A DNA stretch of 64,000 nt from Octopus bimaculoides (lineage: Eukaryota). Positions 51,136 through 64,000 of the stretch are shown one piece after another. Under the pieces are notes generated by a model, which saw only the letters and a list, made by a program, of their open reading frames with translations, did no database searches and was not told the DNA's origin. The first letter of the stretch is position 1; each line of letters starts with the position of its first letter. The stretch spans positions 175,359,934 to 175,423,933 of the forward strand of contig NC_068982.1 of NCBI RefSeq assembly GCF_001194135.2. The letters are read 5' to 3'. The translations under genes and the position numbers were made by a program.

Positions 51136-53849
51136 TATTAGAAGTCTGAAAAACGTTCATAATCTACTGCTATCTCGCTGATGTTAATAATATATGTCTT
51201 CTTAATATGAAACAAATTGTTACAATTCAATTATTTTGTTAATTACATTTTCCTTAGTTTGTTCTCTTTTATTTTTTCTGAAATTATCATCAACAATATT
51301 ATTGTATGCTATAATACTAAGCATAGCAGCTCCTCATGCACACTTCCATGATCATTAGATGCTGCTGCTGCACTTAAGAAGATAATGTTATAATATTGTC
51401 TGTTATTGATGATGCAGTTTAATTGTTAACATAGAGAGGTTGTTGTTATCACAACTATTGCTTCCGTTATTGGGAAAAATTCTCAAACTGATTCTAGTAT
51501 ATATGACTAGTGCATATTTTCTCAACATATGATAGGAAGAAAGCAAAATTGTCCAGGCAAGATTTAAAATCACAACATAGATGAATGCATCTAAATAGTG
51601 AAAGACTATCTAGTCCAGGTCTTTATTATTTATGCCAACCCAGAAAATTAATATTAACTAGGATTTCTTTTTAAAATTGAGCTATACAGAGTGGTTGAAG
51701 AAACTAAGTGCTGAGATGTGAGGTTTGATTCTTTCTAAAATGCCATAATGAAGGTAAAGGAAAGCTGAGTTCTTTCACTCCTTAATAATGATAAAGGGCA
51801 TCTGATTTGGGAATAAGGCCAGCAATTTTGTCAGGGTGGGGAGTAGTCATTACCATTACCCCAGTACTTGACAGGTACTTTGTTATTGATCCCTTCCTTT
51901 CTCAAAGATTGCCTCAGTGGGATATGAAATCAGAACATAAAAAACAGAATATCATAATAATGATAATAATAACAATAACATAATGTAAAAGAAAATGAAC
52001 TAGATACAGTTCTTAAAATTGAAGGTTTTCATGTTAGGAAGGTTCATGCTTTTGTCAAGAACCATTAGAGATGTAAATTAAGCAATTATGACTGGAAATG
52101 AAAAAAAAAAAAAAATCTGTGGCCCTATCATGCAGTACCTTCCACAACATACAACACAATCTTCTCTACAAACCATCTAAGTTCTTATTACAATAGTCCC
52201 TTGATTTGCTCAATTGTAGCTATGTATGTGAATCTCTCTTAAGATCCTGATTTGAAGGAAAAGTAAAACTATGTTTTAAATCATGAATTTTAGGACAAGG
52301 TTCCTCTGTGACAAAGATGGAGATTGCACATACTGAATGTGAAATAGACATTTTATGCCTGCATATCTAAAATGCAATGCCTATCAGCTACATTACAGGC
52401 AAAACTGTCAAACACAAATCTGATAGTTGACACATAATGAGGATTATTTGGTATTAGATAAATGTTAGGTTTTACATTGGTGATTGAATCAATTCCACTG
52501 TCTATAAGTATTTACTTTTACTAACTCCCTCAGTACAAGAAGTGTGAGAAGCAATGTTGTCCTTGACAGGGTTTGAACTCAGAACATTGACGAATAAACC
52601 TAAACACTGAAAAATCAGAAGTTCTACTAGTGGACCACATTAAAAATAAAATCATAATATTGATTTTTGAGATTTTGAAGAAAGTTATATTTAAAGAAGT
52701 ACACAAGGTAGATGGCTATATATAACAAGGAGGTAGGTAAAAATTAAAAAAACTTCATGATATGGACCAAAAGAAGTTGGATAATCCCCAGGTAGCATCA
52801 TTGCTGCTTGGCACCACTGGAGGGAGCAATATGATAAGTAAAGGTGAAGATTGTTGACAGCTGATGAAAGGAATATCTTGCAGTGTAAGATGTATGTAAA
52901 ATGAAATATGTTTATGGCTTCTTCTTATGGTCATCAGTAATAAATGAAATGAGGTGGTTCTAAATTATGAACAGACTGTTTTGTAGACTTACCACTATGT
53001 AATGTGTCAATATCAAAAGTAGTAATAATCTCTGACAAGAATAAATATGATTCTTCACAGTGACACAGTCACAGAATTCTAAGAAACACAATATAGCCAA
53101 CTGAATCAACTTCAGCAAATGATTAGCATTACTTAGTCCAGAATTCTACTGTTTCTGTAATGATAATAACAACAATTTCTGACATTGGTACAAACCCACA
53201 GATTTGTAGAAAGATAAGTTGATTGATTTGACTTGAGTACATATCTGGTACCTTTTTTTTTATATTCACTCTAGAGAAGAGAAGGACAATGGTGATTTCA
53301 GTAGGGGTCAAACTCAGTCTATAGTATTACTAAAAACTTAATACTTTTAAGCATTTATTCTACAATGCCATTTTTACCACTCCAGTTCCCAGTTAAAAAC
53401 AGAAAAATAATATAAGAATAACAATAATGATTATGATGATGATGATGATTATATGTGATAACACTAAATTATTTGTCCATACTGTGAAATAAGACCATAG
53501 CAAACATTCATTGATCACACTGTTGTACACATTCTCTGACTTGATATATATAAAATCATATATCATGAAGTATTCGAGTTGTCGTTGTGTGTATATAAAA
53601 TGTGAATGTGTGTGTATGTATATATATATATATATATATATACAAATACAAGGAGAGAGAGAGATTCCTACATTGCTATTGTTCCTAATACTGTGTAGTG
53701 CTTCTCTTAATATATGTACACATGCACACACACACATATATATATCTCACAAAAACATAGATGTAACCAGTCAACCTCAATAGCTCCTATACTTCATCCC
53801 ACCTTGAAACAGCACTCTCCCCAAAACTTCTGGGTTTCCCTCACAGCCC

Positions 53850-54120
53850 AATTGTCATTTCTCACACAACACCTTTCCCCTGTTATACACTGTAATTCTT
53901 AACCCTACACAGTCACTCAGAGAAGTCTATCTGATTATGACCCCACACCATTACTGACCACTCTAGCCACACTTCTTGCACATGGGCTCTGTTCAGAAGC
54001 AACCTATACCTGTCTGTCAGCAGACTTCTGTGAACAAAGAATATTTGAAACATTTCTACAAAACAATAAGACTTGCCAACTTGTAGTTTTCCCCTCAAAT
54101 AACACCCCAAAAAAGTTGCA
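53850..54120 (-). mobile_element. Possible Tc1/mariner transposase remnant
   Basis: ..HVQEVWLEWSVMVWGHNQI resembles the Tc1 GGSVMVWG motif. Otherwise very decayed. Confidence 0.3.
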
Positions 54121-55996
54121 TAAATATCTTCTAATTTTCACTCTTTCATGAGCCAGTTAACACTAATGTTGCACAAAATTTTAGGATTCAGTACTTGGAG
54201 GCCCCTGTATGTTCATTGGTAATTTCTACCTACTCATTAATGAACAGCTGGCCAAATCCTCATGTACAGGTGAAATCATCAGATCACAGTCAATCATACT
54301 GAATCTAAGTACTTCAGTGAAGGATGAAAGGCAAAAGTTGATTGTGATAGAATCTGAATGTAAAATTCCATAACTAAATGCTTCATTACATGCTAATGAT
54401 TCTGTCAGTCTATTGCCTTCTGTAAACATTGCACATCAAGTAAACAAACCAATAACATTTCAGGGGAAGAACACTACATTCAGCTCAAACTGCTGTACTA
54501 CTTATAAATACTAGGCCAAATGATCTCCGATAACCTCTCGTGCTGCTCATGCTCAACCCAACACACATTCTTCACAATTCCAAAGCTATGCTTCACACAA
54601 AGTAAAGACTTTCCTTTTCAGATGTACAAAAATACTTCAGGCTCTAAATAGCTGCTGTTATTGCATTTCCCTGTTTCTGGTGTTGCTATTATGATGATAA
54701 GTCTATGGGCTGCTGCTGGTGTAGTGAGGAAGCTGTTATGTAATGAAAGTGTAGTAGTACAGCTTAGATTAGTTCTGATATATCAATGCTTCTAATGAAT
54801 ATTAACTTATGTCACAAGGGCTCAACTTATTCCGAATATGTTCAACCCTTTGTTTTTAGAACTTCTAGTGTGGTGGATCATGGAGGAAGAAACATTGACA
54901 GGTTGTTTAGCTCCATGTCAGTCCTAGTTCAGAAGAGCCATGATCAAATGTATTTTAGATGGGACTATCCTGCCTTGCTTATCGATGTAGTATACCAAGG
55001 ATTATATTATCCTCTGCGTTTATACTTTTATAAAGACAGCAATGAGTATTTTAGTAGAAGTCTGACTGCAGTTTCTAGCAAGTTGAGCAAACATGTGAAA
55101 GGTCTCAAGCTGCTATATTGTGCATTGTTCTTGTTGCTTCTATGTTCTACTTTATTGTCTTCCATTACTCATGCATTGATAGTGTGTTGTTGAAATTTTG
55201 TTATACAAAATAGTATGTTGATGTTCCTGTTGCTGTCATGGTGGTGTTGTTGTTGTATTGTGCTGTTGTTGCTTATGTGTTGCTCATTTTGTTTGTTGAT
55301 ATCATCATGAGGTTACATGTTGTTTTTATCACATGATATCCTTGTTGATGTTGAGAATAAATGGGCTGATATCTTTGTTATCATGTTGTGTGTCGTTGTG
55401 GTGGGATTGCTTTGTACTCATGTTGGTTGCCTGTTGTGTGGCTGCTATTGTGATGCTGATTTGTGGCTACAATTGTGTACATAGGTTTGTGAAAGTACAT
55501 ACTCATGTGTTATGTGTGTGTGTGTATGTTATTTTTTTTCTATTTCCATTATGTTTAATCATGTATGAGTAGTGCTGAGTCATTTCCTCTAATTGCAACA
55601 CAAGCAACAACACCAATAAAATAGTTACAACAATTATCAATAGCAAATGGTCACAGTCATTGAACAATGTTATGTAGTAATGACAAACAGCTGCACAATA
55701 CCTGAACCAACATGTTAGAAGCCTCTAGAAACACTGGATGGAGTTTGTGGCTATCAAATATGAATGATTTGTAGGTACCTAAGCATGTGTGAGTAATGGT
55801 AAAAGTCTACCTGCCTCTCTCTCTCATCCTGTCTTCACTTATTACTTCATTCACTCACCATCATATTTTCTTTTCAAATCACGGTTTTGCCCAATTACTT
55901 TTATCAATTCCTCCTCCTTGAACCCAAACTTCCTCTTCTCTCTCTCCCCTGCTTTTAATTTCTTAAACTTTGCCCATAATATGCACACAAAGTATA

Positions 55997-56023
55997 GTGG
56001 TGGTGGTGGTGGTGGTGGTGGTG
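55997..56023. repeat. (GGT)n microsatellite downstream of the receptor stop codon
   Basis: Direct reading. Confidence 0.95.
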
Positions 56024-56092
56024 ATAGAGGAAAGTGTTATGGAGGGAATTCCTCTCTCTTTCACTGGAAGAAAAATAGAATGGTAACAAAAA

Positions 56093-56151
<59 letters not shown>

Positions 56152-56405
56152 TATTACAAAATGCATCAATAATAATGATATTTGTTATTTTTTCTGTTTT
56201 CTTTTTGTTTCATTTCTTTTTTTCTTTTCATATCTTTTGTCATGTTGCTGTTGTTTTTGTTCATATCTGGAGGGGAGGGGGACAAGGGGAGAAAAATGAA
56301 AACAACAAACACAAACAGTATTGGCTCTTTGCTAAGGGTCATTCATTCGCTTTCGCTACTAGTTGGTGTTACTGTTGTTGCTGTTCTTGTTTGTTTTTTT
56401 TTCTT

Positions 56406-56411
56406 TTTATT
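56406..56411 (-). terminator. Candidate AATAAA polyadenylation signal for the nuclear receptor
   Basis: Minus-strand AATAAA ~40 nt after the TGA. The context is A-rich, so the signal is weak. Confidence 0.25.
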
Positions 56412-56448
56412 TTTCAATAATTTTTGTTGCAATGGTTACTGAAAACTC

Positions 56449-56958
56449 TCAAGGCGAGTTTCCAATTTTGTCCACCATTAGTTTGAGGTCAAGTACTTCT
56501 GCAGTTAAAGGATCAATGCCTTGTAGCAGAAAGTTTTGGGTTGCTTCATTACAGATTTCACCGATTTCTCGTACGTCCATCAGTTTGACGAGAACCCGTG
56601 GGAAAAGTACTTTGCCGATTTCATCGTTATATTTACAATCAATGTATGTTTTGAGCCAGGATGTGTATTTTTCCTGAGCAGCTACTACGACCTCACTACT
56701 CAATAAACTTGACTTGTCCTGGTCAAAGAACTCAATAAGGAGTAAGAGAATCATGATAACTTTGTCGTCGTTTGTGGCGATTTTGAAGCTGCGAATGAAC
56801 TGTGCAAGCTTTGAGTACAAACAATCACCAAGTGTTGCCTTTAAGATATTTGTGTCCAGGTAACTCTTGTCTCCATTGCAGTCTTTGAATACCCACATGT
56901 TTTCAATATATGAATATGCCATTGATGCTCGGATTAAAGATACTTCACGGATGCTGCC
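56449..56958 (-). CDS. Terminal exon of a nuclear receptor, NR1I/NR1J group (HR96/DAF-12/VDR-like), ligand-binding domain helices 5-12
   Basis: Strong acceptor ttttttttttgcag|GGC (phase 0), 510 nt ending in TGA. GSIREVSLIRASMAY (H5), IMILLLLIEFFDQDK (H8-9), QEKYTSWLKTYI (H9), FPRVLVKLMDVREI (H10) and DPLTAEVLD (AF-2/H12). Subfamily assignment is by motif resemblance. Confidence 0.9.
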   Translation of the reverse strand, partial: GSIREVSLIRASMAYSYIENMWVFKDCNGDKSYLDTNILKATLGDCLYSKLAQFIRSFKIATNDDKVIMILLLLIEFFDQDKSSLLSSEVVVAAQEKYTSWLKTYIDCKYNDEIGKVLFPRVLVKLMDVREIGEICNEATQNFLLQGIDPLTAEVLDLKLMVDKIGNSP

Positions 56959-58059
56959 CTGCAAAAAAAAAAGATAAAAATAAAAAATGAGATTTTAAAA
57001 AATAGCTTGTCACATGAAATAGAAATTTCAATCAAATATTGTATTTTGGAAGAATCCTTTTTCCTAATAACCATTGGCTAATGCCATTATTATTAACATT
57101 GCTGTATTGTTGAAAAATGTGTCTTACAATTAGTTGCATCACAAATGCCTTTTAGGACATTCAAATGCTGATTTTCAAGAATTTATATAATTTACTACTC
57201 TATGACAACTCAGACCAAAAGAATTTATTTTCCCTGAACTTTGATTAACAACTCTATTCTTTTAGTGCATCATATATTTATAGGTCTGTCTTCTTCAGTG
57301 TAGAAATATAGGTACTATCTATCTCTGAATAGTTAACAGGAGTTACATTTTCAGGGAAAAATGGCAGCATGGCACAATGGAAACAGAATTTTTGCTCTTA
57401 GCTTGCATCAGAGAACAATGGAAATATAAGTTGAGAGGTGTCAACTGTCACAACCTAACACAGAAGGCCCTACATAGTTACTTGATATGTGGGAAATAGC
57501 AGCCAAATTCTGTTAAATCATATATGGTTTTAAGAAAAGACATACGCATTGGATCACATAGTTTTACAGATAAAAAGAGAAAAACAGGATGGTCATAGCT
57601 AATCAGAACTAATGTTGAGTTAGACAATAATAACAAACATATTTATTCTCAATTATTCAATACAAACAAATTATTAGTAAATATAACTTTACCAAGATAC
57701 AACAATATTTGTTGCATTTTCAAATATCACAATTCACACTATATCAGATCTAAATGCCAGAATTATCTTATCTAATGAAAGCAAGAATTTGCATAATTTT
57801 ATTCTTGGACTCCACCCTCAGCCTTCTACAAACTACAGGCTAGTTTAAAAAAACTGAATATAATAGATTCTTATGTGTTTAAATTTCATTCTTGCATTGG
57901 TTGCATAACATGTACAACTGTACACAAGCATAATGTAGAAGATAGAATATGAAAATGTAATGAGAATTGATGAAATCTGTTGAGTAGCAAAAAGAGAAGA
58001 GGTATTTCAGTTGTAATCATCACATCTTTTATTCAGCCATGACAAACAATGAACCAACC

Positions 58060-58370
58060 AGAGTGACCCACAAAAGAGGATAAAGAAAAACTTAACGTAT
58101 GAACATCTTGAAAAACTGTCAGAAGCAAAGCAAGCTAAAGCATAAGAAAATTTGAAAGTGAAAGCACATACATGTAGTGTTCCCAAACAATGTAAATCTT
58201 CTTACAAAGAAAGTAAAGAAGATTAGAAAATATGAACTAGTGACCAAGATCAAAACAATATGAAATATGAAAAATAAAGGTAGTGCCAATTGTTATAGAA
58301 ACACTCACTATGATCAAATAAGGATTCAACATTAAGTAACTTCTAGGCAAAATTTGTGACACACAATTGC
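58060..58370 (+). mobile_element. Decayed RLE LINE endonuclease fragment
   Basis: ...KESKED*KIRKYELVTKIKT.. and PIVIETL-like remnants resemble KExEKIxKY...IPIVIGAL. Confidence 0.45.
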
Positions 58371-58493
58371 AATCTTGGGGAATTACTAAGTCTTAAGTAG
58401 TTCTTATGATTGGGTTTTTGATAAGATCTGATGAGTTTATAGAGGCTGGATTTTAAATGTGAACAAGTGCAGCAGAAGCAATAATAATGACAA

Positions 58494-58885
58494 AAAATAA
58501 TTTGTTTTAGACACAAGGTCAAAAAATTTGAAAGGAGTTAGTCAATATCAGTGACCCTAGTTCTTGACTGGTACTTTATTTTATTGACCCTCAGAAGACT
58601 AAAAGACAAAGTTAACCTTGATAGGATTTGAACTCAGAACATAAAAGCTAGACTGAACATCACATGGCAATTTTTTCAATGTGCTAATGATCCTGTCAGC
58701 TTAAGGGACAAAGCCTGCAATTTTGAGAGAAACGGTTAGTTGGCAAAACTAACTCTAGTACTTCACTGGTACTTAATTGACCCTGAAAGGATGGATGGCA
58801 AAGGTGACTTCAGTGGGATTTTAATTCAGAATGTATAGAGGCAGAATAAATACTGCAATGCATTTTACCCAATGCTCTAACCATT
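58494..58885 (-). mobile_element. Two tandem SINE family A copies
   Basis: Repeated actggtactt...ttgaccct.a.a.ga....aa.g.caaag..ac motifs. Confidence 0.8.
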
Positions 58886-59097
58886 ACAGTAGTAGACACT
58901 TGTCCAGTGGGATTGAACCTGGATCCACAGTAGATTTCTTATCCCTACAACTATGTCTCTGCCTTATATTGCCTAAGCATTTTTAAAATACATTATTTGA
59001 TAAAATGAAAAGCAATTTGTTTCAACCAGTAATCAACATTCAGTTGTAGACTTGGCTCAGTGCTAGCTTGCTTCTTGTTCTATGGCACCTGTCACAA

Positions 59098-59308
59098 TGA
59101 TAGTCCTTTATTTATTTTGGCACAAGGCCAACAATTTTGAGGGGTGGGGAAGTCAATTATACAGACCCAGCATTCAACTGGTACTTTGATTCTGAAAGGA
59201 TAAAAGGCAAAGCCAAACTCAACAGAATTTGAGCTCAGAACACAAAGACAGACAAAATGCTGCTAAGCATTTTACCTGACATGTTAACGGTTCTGCCAGC
59301 TCTCCATC
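59098..59308 (-). mobile_element. SINE family A
   Basis: ggcacaaggccaacaattttg...aaaggataaaaggcaaagcc...gaatttgagctcagaac...ttctgccagctc. Confidence 0.85.
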
Positions 59309-60299
59309 TTAATTTTCAATAAGGATAAAGATTTTTGAATAACAATTGTAGACTAACACAACAACAACAATAATAATAACAACAACAACAACAATAACAA
59401 CAACAACAATAATAATAATGATAATAATAATATAAAGCCCAACAACAATGAAACCAGTGATGAGCTAACAGAAGAGCATTTATGTGGTTGTTTGACCGGC
59501 AAGAAATAGTAGTCAAGTCTCACTCATACCACACCCTACTGTTTTAGAAGTGGAAGCATACATTGGATATACAGTTTTGGATGCTCATCACCTGAAATAG
59601 ACGTGCTGGTCCTGGCTGGAATGCAGTTAATCACAGCTGATCTTGACCAAAAACTCAACAGCAATAATTACAATAGGTAAAATCTCCAAAATGTGAATTT
59701 TATAAATTAGTGGGAACATAAAATATTTATATTATGATTAGCTACAGAATATGGTTAACTTACAGTCTGGTTAAGTTATTTTATTGTAGTACTGTGAAGC
59801 AAAGAGAAGGTAATTAATGTAAATAAATAGTCAATAATAAACTGAAGTTGGCAAAAGACAAAACTTGTTTTGAGAATTGATATTATAATTAAATTGTAGG
59901 AGAAATTGGTGGATGGTAGAAATGATAGAACATCACACTAAATGCTTCACACTAACTAAAAGTTAGATCTCTATGTTTTGAGCCCAATTATCAAGCTTCC
60001 CCACTTTAATGGCTGATAAAACACTAGTTAAATACCAATGTTGATTTAATTGACTACTCTTTCCCCTTCATCTTGTTGTCTTATGCATAAATTAGAGATC
60101 TTTACCAAATTACACTTACTTTGTATTGAATCAATAAAATAGTGTTAGCTATGTGGTTGATTTAGTCAGATATATGCATTCTTCTAAAATGTTGTTGTCC
60201 TGTGTCAATAGAAGGAATCCTTGTTTTTGTAATGAACCCTATCCTCACCCTTGTGGAAAATATAAGCAACTATTATTGTTATCATCTTTATTAAGGCAG

Positions 60300-60625
60300 A
60301 GAGCAAATAGAATCATTAGACCATCTTTAAAAAGAAAAATGCCGAGCAATATTTCTTCTAGTTTACTATGTTCTATGTTCAAATACTGCTGAGGTCAATT
60401 TTACCTTTCATCATTCTGGAATTGATAGAGTAAAGAGTCACTCAAGTACTGGGATCAATGTAATGAACAAAACCCTTCCATTCAAAACTGCTATGCCAAA
60501 ATGCAAGCTGACAGAATTGTTAGCACACTGGGACAAAATGCTTAGCAGCATTTTGTTTGTCTTAACATTCTGAGTTCAAATTCCCCACAGATTTTAAACC
60601 TTGCACCTATAGTAGAAAGGATTAT
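60300..60625 (+). mobile_element. Two SINE family A copies, the second internally deleted
   Basis: gaggtcaattttacctttcatc.. followed by gctgacagaattgttagcac...gagttcaaattcccc joined directly to ccttgcacctatagtagaaagg. Confidence 0.7.
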
Positions 60626-63600
60626 CAACTATAATGATACTCTTGTACTTTTCTCCGTCACAACATATAAATGAGAAAGGAAGGGGTGATGGCAAACTGG
60701 TAATGGGATGATGGAAATTCTACAGTGTAAAAAAAAATCAAACAGCATTTCAACTCTGTGTTAGTATATGTGTGTGTGTACAAGGTATGTGAATGTTTGT
60801 ATGTGTGAACTAGTGTTCTTTCAGTAACAAACGATGATTGATGTCACATCTCAAAATACAATTACTAGATAATATTGAGAAGTGTATTAATTTGAATTAC
60901 CATCCATATTCTATCTTTTGTCCTTATTTATATATAAAATACTACAATTAGCTGTCATTTTTTATGGCACGAGGCAAGCTAGTTAATATTATAATTTATT
61001 ACTGCTTCCATTATCACAATTGAATCCTGTGTGATCATGGTTGTACTGTGTGCATCCTGGTTTTATAATGAGTACATTATTCTAAAACTTACATGTCGCA
61101 AGAGGTGACTGAAAGGTTTAATCGATGTAATAATCTTAGAGAGACTTAGAAAGAAAATTACCTTACAAAAGGAACCATGACGAACATACTTCAAAATGAA
61201 AATAGCCTTTCTAATAAAACTGTGAAGTTAACTCCTATTTTAGCAGGGGAAATGGCCTTAAAATGGTTATTGTTGTTTTTGTTTGTAAAAAAATACAATT
61301 GATTTTTGTTATTTTTAGGAAATTAAAAACTTCTAGAATGTAAAAAAAGTTCAGTGTGAGGGATATCTAAATCAAAATGCTAGAGAATGGTAATAACATA
61401 AGACTAATGAAAACAGATTTCAGGATCTGCAGAAGTAGTAATAGTTGCATAATAGCAACAGTTCTATCTCACTGTTAATTAATCATCTACTTGATATACA
61501 TTAGTAGTAGTAACAGCACATTAGCAGCAAATTTTTGAACATACATTAATTCTATTATAGAAAGACTGCTGGCAAATATAACGAATTATCAAATTGCTCA
61601 GAATAGAGGAATTTTAAAAAATCAAATAAACAACATATGCTCAGAGCTATACCTAATTTTTGAGGCACCATTAATCTATACAAGCAGTACCCATAGCAAT
61701 TCCACAGTTATTTTGAAAACAATAAAATTGTTGGAAGTTTACAAAAGCCTATGAAATATGTAATTTTTCTTGAAGTTGCTTTTTTCCCTGAAGTGTTTGA
61801 TTCTTGAGATTGCATAAAATCTTTATAATAGTACTCGATGTGAAGTCTTTGGAGAGTATATCTTTAAAAACTATACTCTTTGTTACACACTTGTCAACTC
61901 TTCTAACTTGATAGTTCATATTTTTATCTTTTTATCAACAAGGAAGAGCTACATGCAACTGTCCATGTGAAAATACTGTTTCACTTCTCTTTGACTTTCT
62001 ATTGTGACTATGTTATCAAAATTATTGAAAATATGTTGAAAGAATAATATATATAGTAAAATACTTCAAGCATTCTCATCTATGAAATGAAATTGAAGGT
62101 ACGAGCTATCTATATTATTCTGTTACAGTTCGACTATGTTGTTGATACTTTAACAAATCTTAATGCAGTGTATAACATCCTTCTTTTCATATCAGAGAAA
62201 AATGCATAGGACTGAAGCTAGAGCCCCAATCCCAGTGAACAAAGAGACTAGCTGGCCACTGAGCTGTGAATTCTAAAAATATGACACTTAATGGAAACTA
62301 TTTATCTCCCCATCAATTGTTTTATGAATAATATAAATAATGCATTATACCTTTGATTTGTTCCACAATTTATCAATCAATTGTCTTACACATAATGTAA
62401 ATGTGTTTTACTCCAAAGTTAAGAGCTACATACTGAGGTCATAACTGAATGCTATTATAGGTCATATAAATAAATTTTTGTCTCCAATTTTGTTCCATAA
62501 TTTATCAGTTATATTGTCTTACGAATAATATAAATGTTGTCTGTATAATAAATTATGTCTTTGATTTTGTTACATATTTAGACAGTAGCAGAACAATGTT
62601 TTAGATGTAGTATAACAAAGAGCATTGAATTGTTGAAAAAGTACATATACTTCTAAAATATGCAATTTCTCATATCCTCTGGTAATTCATTTTCATTACT
62701 GAAAACAAATTTATATTCTATGAATTTCTCCTTGCATTGATAATCATGTTCTTTCCCATGTTAGATAACAACAGAAAGAATATTAGATGTAAGAATTATA
62801 GAAATGTCACCTTACAAATAATCTTAACATTTTAGATAATATGCACTACAGTAGACATTTGTTTATAACATGACTTGCTTGGAGTCATGCCACATCTGAA
62901 ATATTAAAATCAAATTTTCCGGAACACACAGAAAGTATTACCTACCAAATACAAAGATACATGCTTATCAAATAGACTCCATTCATTGAAATATATTTAG
63001 ACTTGCTGTTCAGGAGGTTAGCTGCCGAATTTTTACGAAGAAACAAGTTTGAGTAGAATACCAAGGTGTCAATTAATGCCAAGGTTATAATTCCTTATAT
63101 GGATTCCTTAAAGAAATCTTATATAAATATTTCAGCTCCTTAGAAGTTTCTTTGTTAAATTTGGGTTTTAATGAAAAATACTTTATATAGTAGAGCTAAA
63201 TATATTTTAATGAATATGCTTTTTTTCTATAATAAATATTTCAATCAAACTTTCTCAATATATTCTATAAAACATAGACATCTTCATAATAATAATAAAA
63301 AAATCCTTAAATTCATAGAAAAGGTGTGTTTGTGTGTACAGTGAATTTTGATGTTTTGAGCAGACCCCACCTTCACTATTTTGTATTTTCTTTAGCAATT
63401 TTGTCAGTTTTTTCTCTCTCTCTCTTAGCTATTGTAGACCATCACTCGTTTCCTTTGAATCTATTTTTTTTCTTATTTGTTAAAGCTTACTCTAATCTCT
63501 TGCAATCTGAATATTTATCTGACAGCTTGTTTGCAATTTTGCTCTCAAGCATGCTAATGATTAACTGAATTTCATTCTTTCAGATATGCAGGTACCTTTA

Positions 63601-64000
63601 TGATCAATCAAAAAAAGATTGCGTTAGATATATTTGTATGAAGAATGCTTGTAAAAACATGTATGAAATACAAACAGCCACAAATAAAATTAAATACTGA
63701 AAGCTGTTTGGTCATATACTCCATAACCTTAATTATTTACTGCAATATTGCTGACAGAATCTTTCCTCAGTAGATTTTCGAAACATAATTCCATACTAAC
63801 TTTTATGCAGCCTCTTGAGGTTTTTCACATTGAAAAGCTGATTACAGATGCATGTAGGATGGTTTTTAAAAAAATCAAGATGAACTTGTATATATTACCT
63901 GTGCTTGCTATACATACATATGTACGTATGTACATACATATATGCATATGTCACAAAAAGGTAAACAAGTTATGAATGTGGGCTGAATAATTTAAATGAC

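Noticed and set aside
52858-52890. gacagCTGATGAaaggaatatc motif
   Set aside because: No stem II or GAAA; at most a decayed repeat.
54786-55193. 135-aa plus-strand ORF
   Set aside because: No recognisable domain; probably decayed TE or UTR sequence, and the length is compatible with chance.
61089-61190. Minus-strand AG...gtaagt open segment (YVRHGSFCKV...) as an upstream receptor exon
   Set aside because: No nuclear-receptor helix 3/4 or DBD motifs.
61700-61870. Minus-strand RKITYFIGFCKLP resembling NR helix 3
   Set aside because: Runs into a stop with no suitable donor and no DQIxLLK ending.

Overview
AT-rich, microsatellite-dense eukaryotic DNA with four assembly gaps. The repeat landscape and a molluscan-type cytb insert suggest an octopus or other coleoid cephalopod (inference). 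The only confidently identifiable host coding sequence is the minus-strand terminal exon (56449-56958) of a nuclear receptor of the NR1I/NR1J (VDR/PXR-HR96/DAF-12) group; its upstream exons were not found in the window. The rest is intergenic or intronic. It is dominated by several tRNA-derived SINE families, decayed RTE, CR1-like and RLE-type (R4/Dong-like) LINE pieces, Penelope-like element (PLE) fragments, TTAA-flanked MITEs and a frameshifted cytb NUMT. Most notable unexplained structures: (1) a ~208-nt fold-back at 385-592 with G.U-biased mismatches and a tRNA-like loop; (2) a PLE-type minimal hammerhead ribozyme with a non-canonical CUGUUGA core, present in two copies; (3) a NUMT bracketed by 76-bp direct repeats; (4) a short peptide repeat whose conserved codons differ only synonymously (33961-34160). 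All alignments were done by eye, and TE boundaries are approximate.
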